NCBI GenBank assembly: GCA_018304425.1
Contig: JAGVWE010000002.1
Coordinates: forward strand, 192,001 to 256,000
Reading direction: 5' to 3'
Length of the DNA: 64,000 bases
From: Candidatus Iainarchaeum sp.
GTDB taxonomy: Archaea > Iainarchaeota > Iainarchaeia > Iainarchaeales > UBA10219
Numbering within the stretch: the first letter of the stretch is position 1; every line of letters begins with the position of its first letter. The notes beneath the pieces were generated by a model. It saw only the letters and a list, made by a program, of their open reading frames with translations. It had not been told where the DNA came from and searched no databases. Below are positions 57,148-64,000 of this stretch, piece after piece. The position numbers and the translations under genes are program-made.

Positions 57148-57513
57148 ATGTGGAAGATAAAACTGGCCACCCTTGAATCCATCCTCTTGGCGGCGCGGAA
57201 CACGTACCCAAATGAATTCATGAGCCTCCTAGGCGGAAGCAGGCAAGCGAAAAACATTGACGAATTGGTCGTCGTTCCGGCGGTGTTCGGGGAAACCTTT
57301 ACCCTCGTGCAGACGCATTTGATTCCCTTCGACCAACGCATCGTGGGCTCGGTGCACTCCCATCCCTCCGGACGGGCATCGCCTTCGGCAGAGGACTTGA
57401 ACGCGTTCAGCGCCTTTGGAGACATCCACTTGATTGTCGGGGAACCCTTTGCCTTGGACTCCGTCCGGGCCTACACCGTGGCCGGAAAGGCCGTGCGCTT
57501 GCAAGTCGTTTGA
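57148..57513 (+). CDS. JAMM/MPN+ metalloprotease
   Basis: YPNEF and HSHPSGRASPSAED. Confidence 0.9.
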   Translation: MWKIKLATLESILLAARNTYPNEFMSLLGGSRQAKNIDELVVVPAVFGETFTLVQTHLIPFDQRIVGSVHSHPSGRASPSAEDLNAFSAFGDIHLIVGEPFALDSVRAYTVAGKAVRLQVV

Positions 57514-57553
57514 GCCCTCAAGCCATTTAAAGAGATGCGGGAATAATTCTCAC

Positions 57554-58780
57554 ATGAACGCTTCCAAGGCATTGCTGGTTTCCCTGGACGGGTTGGGGGA
57601 TAGGCTCATCCCTGAATTGAAGGGAAAAACGCCGCTGGAGGCCGCCAAAAAACCGAACCTGGACCGGCTCGCGCGCGAGGGCATCACGGGCTTGATGAAC
57701 ACGGTCGCGGTCGGGGTGCGACCGGGCTCTGACACCAGCCACTTGTGCATGCTTGGCTATGACCCCAAAGAATATTACACGGGCCGCGGGCCCATCGAGG
57801 CAGCAGGGGTTGGAATTTTCACCCAGGCCGGGGACGTCGCCTTGCGCGGCAACTTCGGAACCGTCGACGAAAAGTGGATAATCAAAGACCGGCGGGCGGG
57901 ACGGATTTTGGACGTCAGTGAACTGTGCAAGGCCCTGGACGGGCTTGAAATCAACGGGGTTACGTTCAATGTCAAGGCCGGAACCGGACACCGCGCCGCG
58001 GTGGTGATGCGGGGCAAGGGTTTGAGCAGCCAGGTCTCAGAGGCAGACCCCCATGTGGCGGACGCGAAGGTGGCTGCCGTGAAGGCCTTGGATGGGAGTA
58101 GGGAAGCCGCGTTCACGGCCCAGGTACTGAACGCGTTCATGGAGAAAAGCCACGCGGTGTTGAAAGCACACCCGCTGAACCTCGAGCGCGTGAAGGGCAG
58201 AAAATTGCCGGCCAACTTTTTGCTGTTGCGGGGCGCGGGCATGGTGCCCAGGCTGCCCAGCTTCCAGGAGAAATGGGGCTTGAAGGGGGCTGGCATCGCG
58301 GGCGGGGGCCTGTACAAGGGGATTATTCGCTTGCTGGACATGGAATTGATTGCGGTGAAGGGAGCCACCGGGTTGCCGGATACCGATGTCAAGGCCAAGT
58401 TCGCGGCCGCGCGCGAGGCGCTGAAAACCCATGACTTCGTGTTCGTGCACGTGAAAGCAACGGATATCTTCGGCGAGGACGGGAACTGGAAGGCCAAAAA
58501 GGAGTTCATCGAAAAGGTGGACAAGGGCTTGGCCGAGGTCATGGGCTTGAAGGAGGTTTTCATCGCGATAACTGCTGACCACTCGACGGCCTGCTGTTTC
58601 AAGGCGCACACCGCGGACCCGGTGCCGCTCGTGATAAGAGGAAACGGGGTGCGCGTGGACGACGTGAAAAGCTATGGGGAACGCGCGTGCGCCAAGGGCG
58701 GCCTCGGCAGGATAACGGGATTGCAGTTGCTGCCCCTCCTGGTCGACTTGATGGGAAGGGCACGGCTTTACGGGGCATAA
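57554..58780 (+). CDS. apgM: 2,3-bisphosphoglycerate-independent phosphoglycerate mutase (archaeal type)
   Basis: LDGLGD, TPLEAA, PGSDTSH, TADHST, HTADPVP. Confidence 0.94.
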   Translation: MNASKALLVSLDGLGDRLIPELKGKTPLEAAKKPNLDRLAREGITGLMNTVAVGVRPGSDTSHLCMLGYDPKEYYTGRGPIEAAGVGIFTQAGDVALRGNFGTVDEKWIIKDRRAGRILDVSELCKALDGLEINGVTFNVKAGTGHRAAVVMRGKGLSSQVSEADPHVADAKVAAVKALDGSREAAFTAQVLNAFMEKSHAVLKAHPLNLERVKGRKLPANFLLLRGAGMVPRLPSFQEKWGLKGAGIAGGGLYKGIIRLLDMELIAVKGATGLPDTDVKAKFAAAREALKTHDFVFVHVKATDIFGEDGNWKAKKEFIEKVDKGLAEVMGLKEVFIAITADHSTACCFKAHTADPVPLVIRGNGVRVDDVKSYGERACAKGGLGRITGLQLLPLLVDLMGRARLYGA

Positions 58781-58819
58781 GCCGATTAGCCTTTTAATCC
58801 CTTCAACGCTTTATTGGGC

Positions 58820-59209
58820 ATGCGTGGCCAGATTAGTTTGGACCTGGTTTTGACGGTGCTCGTGTTGGGCGCGTTCCTACAGATTCTCATGGGGCTGGGT
58901 GCTGATTTGGTGCAGGGACAGGCCAGCGCTTCCCTAAACCACCAGGCGCGGGCCTTGCTGGGGGACGTGGAAGGCCGACTAATGGCCGGGCAAGGGGTTG
59001 GTCCGAGCCTCTCCCTGGAAGGAACGCTGCCCAGGCTCCGCGACCCGGAAACGGGAAAGGAACTGGCCTGCGAAGTCAAGGCCAAGGGAACCCGGCTAGA
59101 GTTGTGGGCGGAAGGAAAAACACGGGCAGAGCAAACGCTGGCCCTGCCAGTCGAAGAAGGCGCATGGAAGTGCGGCGAAAAAATGGGGCTGGGTGCGGGA
59201 AATGCGTGA
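58820..59209 (+). CDS. Minor pilin-like protein
   Basis: MRGQ-ISLD-LVLTVLVL. Confidence 0.8.
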   Translation: MRGQISLDLVLTVLVLGAFLQILMGLGADLVQGQASASLNHQARALLGDVEGRLMAGQGVGPSLSLEGTLPRLRDPETGKELACEVKAKGTRLELWAEGKTRAEQTLALPVEEGAWKCGEKMGLGAGNA

Positions 59210-59687
59210 ACGGGGGCAGATTTTTTCCGTGGACTTCATGATATCGGTTTCCGTGGTGGTGCTGGCCCTGGCCGTCCTCGTGCAAGCCATTGAGTTAAGC
59301 AACCACGCGGGCCAGGATGCCTTCAACCAAGGCGAGTTATACGGGAAAGCCGTGCAGGCCACGCAGTTGCTGGTGAGCAATGAGGCCTGGACCTGCCGGT
59401 TGGGACTGGGCGCAGCGGGAATGGGGTTGGACAATTGCCTGGATGCGGGAAAGGCCGTGGACAAGCAGGGGCTCGGGTTGGGCGAAGAGTTCGGGTGCCA
59501 AGCGGTTGGTGTGAAGGTAGCAGGGTGCGACGAGGAGCCGGGAAAAGCAGGCAACGTCGTTGGATTGAAGCGCGTCGTGGTGATGGGCTCGGGTCTGGGC
59601 TTGGAAGAATTCCGGGCCTGCCGGACGGGAAGGGCGTGCAGCTTGTCCGCGCCCAAGGAAGTCGAGTTACGGGTGTGGCGGAAATGA
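59202..59687 (+). CDS. Minor pilin-like protein
   Basis: ERGQ-IFSVD-FMISVSVVVL. Confidence 0.8.
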   Translation: MRERGQIFSVDFMISVSVVVLALAVLVQAIELSNHAGQDAFNQGELYGKAVQATQLLVSNEAWTCRLGLGAAGMGLDNCLDAGKAVDKQGLGLGEEFGCQAVGVKVAGCDEEPGKAGNVVGLKRVVVMGSGLGLEEFRACRTGRACSLSAPKEVELRVWRK

Positions 59688-59965
59688 GGCGGGGATTTAT
59701 TTTCACGGTGGACGCGGTGTATGCCCTAGTGCTGGCACTCCTACTGGTTAACATCTACATAATTAACTCGGCGGCGACCCCTCCCGCCAAGACCGGCATA
59801 GACCACGAGTTATTGGCCAAAGACAAGGCTTTGACGGCGTTTTACCGGGGGGCCGAATTGGGGGGAATGCGGGAGGGGCTGGCTGGGGACTATTATTGTT
59901 ACCCGGTGGTGCGGGAAAAAACTGGGAAGCGGGTAGCCGAAAAACAATGTGAGGGTCGTCCATGA
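59684..59965 (+). CDS. Minor pilin-like protein
   Basis: MRRG-FIFTVD-AVYALVLALL; ATGA overlap. Confidence 0.8.
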   Translation: MRRGFIFTVDAVYALVLALLLVNIYIINSAATPPAKTGIDHELLAKDKALTAFYRGAELGGMREGLAGDYYCYPVVREKTGKRVAEKQCEGRP

Positions 59966-60354
59966 ACGAGCGCGGCGCCTATAGTGCGGTCATGGCCGTG
60001 CTGGCCGTGGCCTTGCTGGGCCTCACCCTGTTGTCGGTGAAGGTGGAAAGCGAGCAGGCAGCGAACCTGGGTGTGGCGTATGACGCACGCCCGGTGTGGG
60101 TGAATGCCTTGGCGTTGGCGCAGGACAAAATCCAGCAAAGCGCGTGCGCTGATGGGGGAAGAACGAGCCTGGAACCGGAATTCGGGTTGCTCGAAGAGGA
60201 AACCGGTTTCCGGTGCACGAGCACGCCGGCGGAAATCACGGTAAAGGATGGGGTGGCAGCGTTTGAGTTGGCGTGCGAGAAAACGGCTGGCGAGTTAACG
60301 GCGCGGTATGCGCGAAGGGCCGAGCTTCTCGTAAGCGGTTGTCAGGCCCGGTAG
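59962..60354 (+). CDS. Minor pilin-like protein
   Basis: NERG-AYSAVMAVLAVALL; ATGA overlap. Confidence 0.7.
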   Translation: MNERGAYSAVMAVLAVALLGLTLLSVKVESEQAANLGVAYDARPVWVNALALAQDKIQQSACADGGRTSLEPEFGLLEEETGFRCTSTPAEITVKDGVAAFELACEKTAGELTARYARRAELLVSGCQAR

Positions 60355-61784
60355 AGGCGACCGACTTCCTTGCCAAGGCCCGAACCATACTGCAAGGCCT
60401 TCTTCGGCCGCTTCCACACGTACTCGGGCAAGCCAAACTCCCTGGCCAGCGCGCGCACGGGGTGCTTGCGGATGGAATCGGTTGAGTCCGCGATTTTCTC
60501 GGAAGCGGGAAAGGCCATGGCTTGTCGGAGGAACTCCGTGTCCAGGAAGGGCACGCGGAGCTCCAGGGAATGACGGGCAGTAAGCGCGTCATCGCGGTAG
60601 AGGTTCCGGTTCCAGAGGTTGGAGAGCGTGGCCCAGATTTCCTCTTCGACTGCGGGAAAACCGGACTTTGCCAGGATGTCCTTATAAGCCGAATAACCGG
60701 CGAATACCTCGTCGCTGCCTTGGCCGGAGAAGACCACTTTGCAGTTGGCTTGCCTGGCGGCTTCGGCTGCCAGGTAGGTGGGAACGCCGATTTGGAGTTG
60801 GAGTTCGTCGAAGAACATCAGGGCTTTGAGCGTGGCGAGTACATAGCCATTCAATTCCCGGGGCTGGACTTCGCGCACCACCAGGTCAAAGCCCTCGTCC
60901 CTGGCGAGGCGCCGCGCGAACCCAAGGTCTTCCGCGCCCTTCAAGCCCACCGTGAACAAGAGGGTCTGGTTCACGTGCTGGTTGACGGCCTTCGCAATCA
61001 ACGAGGAGTCAACGCCACCGGAAAAAAAGACGCCCGCCTTTTTCAGGGCACGCGTGCGCAGGGCAATGGAGTCGTCGAAGGAGGCGCGGAGCGCGGCAAG
61101 CGAGTGGGTGCCTGGGACGAGCCGGCGGAAATCGTCGAGGGTGAAAACCGGTTGCGAGGAAAAACCGTCCGGGGAAAACGAGAGCAGGTGCCCGGGAAGC
61201 AGCGGCTGTGGGAACGTGATGTCAAGCCGCTTGAGCGCGATGGGCTCGGAGGCCAGGGCGTGGAACTTCGCGTTGGAGCCGAACCACAGGGGCTTGACGC
61301 CGAGGCAGTCGCGGAAGGCGTGGAGCACGCCCTTGTACGTGAAGGCGACTGCGTAATCGCCGCGCGCGACCTGCATGAAGGAGCGCACGGCCTGGAGGGG
61401 GGACTGCGTGCGAAGGGCTTCTTCGAGGAAGTGGGCCAGGGTCTCCGAGTCCGAGGTGGAAAGGAACTGGTGGCGGGAGAGGCCCTGGTTGAGGGCCTCG
61501 AAGTTGTAGAGTTCCCCGTTGTGGGCCACGGACAAGCCGGAGTCACAGCCCTTAATGGGTTGGAAGCCGTGCCCGGTGATGCCCAGGCGGGAGTGGGCCA
61601 GGCCCAGGCAGCCTTCCAGGGAACGCGCTTGCAGGGGCTTCAACTGGCTGGCGGAAACGGTTTGCCCGTCCACGGATACCCCGAAGCCGTCGCGGCCGCG
61701 GTGGGCCGTGGCATACAACATGTCCACCAGGAAAGGGTGGACGTCCTGGCCTTGGCGCGAGCAAAGGCCCAAAACCGAGCACAT
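60342..61784 (-). CDS. asnB: Asparagine synthetase (glutamine-hydrolysing) family protein
   Basis: N-terminal Cys2, HRGRD, HNGELYN, SGGVDSS, SGQGSDE, RVPFLD. Confidence 0.88.
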   Translation of the reverse strand: MCSVLGLCSRQGQDVHPFLVDMLYATAHRGRDGFGVSVDGQTVSASQLKPLQARSLEGCLGLAHSRLGITGHGFQPIKGCDSGLSVAHNGELYNFEALNQGLSRHQFLSTSDSETLAHFLEEALRTQSPLQAVRSFMQVARGDYAVAFTYKGVLHAFRDCLGVKPLWFGSNAKFHALASEPIALKRLDITFPQPLLPGHLLSFSPDGFSSQPVFTLDDFRRLVPGTHSLAALRASFDDSIALRTRALKKAGVFFSGGVDSSLIAKAVNQHVNQTLLFTVGLKGAEDLGFARRLARDEGFDLVVREVQPRELNGYVLATLKALMFFDELQLQIGVPTYLAAEAARQANCKVVFSGQGSDEVFAGYSAYKDILAKSGFPAVEEEIWATLSNLWNRNLYRDDALTARHSLELRVPFLDTEFLRQAMAFPASEKIADSTDSIRKHPVRALAREFGLPEYVWKRPKKALQYGSGLGKEVGRLYRA

Positions 61785-61890
61785 AAGGGAGACTCCCCCT
61801 AAAGGGTTTTTAAACGGTTTCAGGGGGAATAGGTTAGGCGTTTCCCTAACCAAATGAAAAGGGATTAATTAGGCGGGGAGCGTAATAGGT

Positions 61891-63414
61891 GTGGTGATGT
61901 TCATGGCGAATGACAACAAGCTTATTTTTGTGGGCGTGCTGGCGGTGGTGCTGGTCGGGATACTGGCGGTGAACGGCTTTTTCGTGCCCGCTGACCGGTC
62001 GGTTACCGTGCCAAAGTACAACGTCAACGAATTCAGTTACACGGTTTCGGCGGAAAAGCCTTCCGCGGTCATCGCCAACTTCGCTGAAAGCGAGGCCAGC
62101 GGGGAAAAGACGGCCACCGAGTTAACGGTGTACAACCAGGACCTCGCCCTGATAAAGGAGCGGAGGACCCTGGACCTGAAAGCGGGCTTGAACCTCGTCA
62201 AGTACGAGGACGTCGCGAAACTGATTGACCCGTCCAGCGTCTTGTTCCGGGACCTGACATCCAACAGCACCTTCATCGCGGAACAGAACTACCAGTTCGA
62301 TACCGCGAACACCGCCAAGCTGCTGGAGAAGTACGTGGGAAAAGAGATAACGGTCAATGTGGCGAGGGGCGATGCCTCGGAAGAAGTCCGTGGAACCCTC
62401 ATCAGCCGGGAGGGAAACCTCATGCTGCAGACCCTGGAAGGCATTGAGAGCCTCAACAACGTGGAAAGCATGGTGTTCCCCTCGCTCCCCGAGGGCCTGC
62501 TCTCCAAGCCGACCCTCGTGTGGAAGGTTTACGCCAACGGCGCGGGTTCCAGGGAAACCGAGACGAGCTATTTGAGCCAGGGCTTCAACTGGAAAGCCGA
62601 TTACGTGGCCGAAGTCAACGAAGGCGAGACCCAGATGAACCTCAAGGGCTGGGCCACGGTAACCAATGCATCGGGCTCGAGTTACCCCAACGCGAAACTC
62701 AAACTGGTGGCCGGGGAAATCCACCGGGTCACGCCGCCCACCTATTACGGCGGCTATGAACGGGATTACGCGGCCAAGGGCATGGCCATGGAAGCCGCTG
62801 TTGCGCCCTCTCCCCAGGGGTTCGACCAGCGGGCGGTCTCCGAGTACTACGCCTACGGGTTGCGCGAGCCCACCAACGTGCTGGACAACGAGACCAAGCA
62901 GATTTCGTTGCTGGCAGCCGACCAAGTCAAGGTCCAAAAGGAGCTCGTGTACGACGGCCAATACAACGGGGAAAAAGTGCAGGCCAAGCTGAACTTCACC
63001 AACAAGAAGGAAGACGGCCTTGGCATGCCCCTACCCGCCGGAAAAGTGCGCGTCTACAAGCATGACTCGGACGGGCAAATGGTGTTCCTCGGTGAGGACT
63101 CCATCGACCACACCCCGGAAAACGTGGAACGGAAACTGTTCGTGGGCAGCGCCTTCGACGTCACCGGCGAACGCAAGCAAACCAACTACGAGGACCTGGG
63201 CAGGCGGAACCGGCAAACCTACGAGATAACCCTGAAGAACGCCAAAGACCAGGAAGCCGAGGTAGTCATCCTCGAGCACGCCTGGGGCGAGTGGAAACTG
63301 GTCTCGAACTCGGACCCCTACGAGAAAAAAGACAATAGCCAGTTCGAGTTCAAGGTCAGGGTGCCAGCCAAAGGCGAGAAGACGGTAACGTACACGATTG
63401 AATACAGCTACTGA
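61891..63414 (+). CDS. DUF4139-domain exported protein
   Basis: N-terminal TM; LTVYNQDLALIKE, WKADY, LGMPLPAGKVRVY, GEDSIDHTP. Confidence 0.82.
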   Translation: MVMFMANDNKLIFVGVLAVVLVGILAVNGFFVPADRSVTVPKYNVNEFSYTVSAEKPSAVIANFAESEASGEKTATELTVYNQDLALIKERRTLDLKAGLNLVKYEDVAKLIDPSSVLFRDLTSNSTFIAEQNYQFDTANTAKLLEKYVGKEITVNVARGDASEEVRGTLISREGNLMLQTLEGIESLNNVESMVFPSLPEGLLSKPTLVWKVYANGAGSRETETSYLSQGFNWKADYVAEVNEGETQMNLKGWATVTNASGSSYPNAKLKLVAGEIHRVTPPTYYGGYERDYAAKGMAMEAAVAPSPQGFDQRAVSEYYAYGLREPTNVLDNETKQISLLAADQVKVQKELVYDGQYNGEKVQAKLNFTNKKEDGLGMPLPAGKVRVYKHDSDGQMVFLGEDSIDHTPENVERKLFVGSAFDVTGERKQTNYEDLGRRNRQTYEITLKNAKDQEAEVVILEHAWGEWKLVSNSDPYEKKDNSQFEFKVRVPAKGEKTVTYTIEYSY

Positions 63415-63445
63415 CGGCGAAAGCCGCCAGCCTCTTTCTTTTTTT
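63411..63445 (+). terminator. GAAA-loop hairpin plus poly-T tract
   Basis: CGGC-GAAA-GCCG followed by a T-rich run between convergent genes. Confidence 0.5.
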
Positions 63446-64000
63446 TCAAACCGACGCGTAGTAGTAGTCGCCGCTGGCCTTTTGCTCGCGGTCCTTGACC
63501 GAGTCGGGTTTGTTGGCCCGCGGGCGACCGGTTACCTCGTCCCGGCGGTAGGTGATGCCGAGGTTCTTGAGGAACAAGTTCATGCCCTCCCGCATCGACG
63601 AAGGCTTCAAGGCATGGCCGTGCACGGCGGACTCGCCCTCGAAGACAATCAAGCGGTCGGAAACATAGTCCTGGAACAGGATGTCGTGGTCAACCACCAA
63701 CGCGACCTTCTTCTTCTTGTCGACCACGGAACGGATGCAGTCGGCCACGGCCAAACGGTCTTCGACGTCGATGAAGGCCGAGGGCTCGTCCAAGAGGAAG
63801 ACATCGGCTTCCTGGCAGAGCGACAAGGCAACCGAAACCTTTTGGAGTTCGCCGCCCGAAAGCGATTCAACCGCATGGTCCATCACGTCAACGATGCGGA
63901 GCTTCTTGTCGACTTCCGCGCCAAACAATTCCAGGTCAATGGGATACTTGTCGAAGAGCTCGCGCACGGTGAGCCCGGCCTCGGGGACGAGGTACTGGGG
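63446..64000 (-). CDS. rli1: ABCE1/Rli1 ribosome recycling ATPase (3' part)
   Basis: LSGGELQ, LDEPSA, VVDHD, TYRRD, RPRANK, C-terminal YYY. Confidence 0.93.
   Translation of the reverse strand, partial: PQYLVPEAGLTVRELFDKYPIDLELFGAEVDKKLRIVDVMDHAVESLSGGELQKVSVALSLCQEADVFLLDEPSAFIDVEDRLAVADCIRSVVDKKKKVALVVDHDILFQDYVSDRLIVFEGESAVHGHALKPSSMREGMNLFLKNLGITYRRDEVTGRPRANKPDSVKDREQKASGDYYYASV

Overview
GC-rich archaeal chromosomal segment, most consistent with a DPANN lineage such as Ca. Diapherotrites/Iainarchaeota. This taxonomic call is an inference from archaeal-type pheS/pheT, RFC, Cdc6, Nob1, NreA, ApgM, ABCE1 and TATA/BRE promoters, combined with a bacterial-type ThrRS. The window carries many housekeeping genes, two toxin modules and two intein-containing genes (topA and cdc48). 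It also carries a complete type IV-like pilus locus (TadA/CpaF ATPase, two GspF/TadB-C proteins, an A24 prepilin peptidase and about 10 class III signal-peptide proteins) plus a second four-gene minor-pilin cassette about 35 kb away. The most striking unannotated signal is a 16-bp palindrome, TTCGTYRATYRACGAA, found four times, each time directly upstream of a TATTTAA box. It links two pilin operons, an 874-aa surface protein and a distant divergent locus (site-2 protease on one side; membrane OB-fold protein and DUF112/TctA-like transporter on the other). I interpret this as a candidate pilus/DNA-uptake regulon, possibly controlled by the neighbouring membrane-tethered ArsR factor. Other oddities: an mTERF-like repeat protein, a set of orphan proteins with Lys/Arg-rich leaders, a degenerate NrdD-like protein, a frameshifted pilin and four small ORFs below the cut-off of the ORF track. 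No rRNA, tRNA or CRISPR array was recognised. All family calls are from motif recognition by eye, not database searches.
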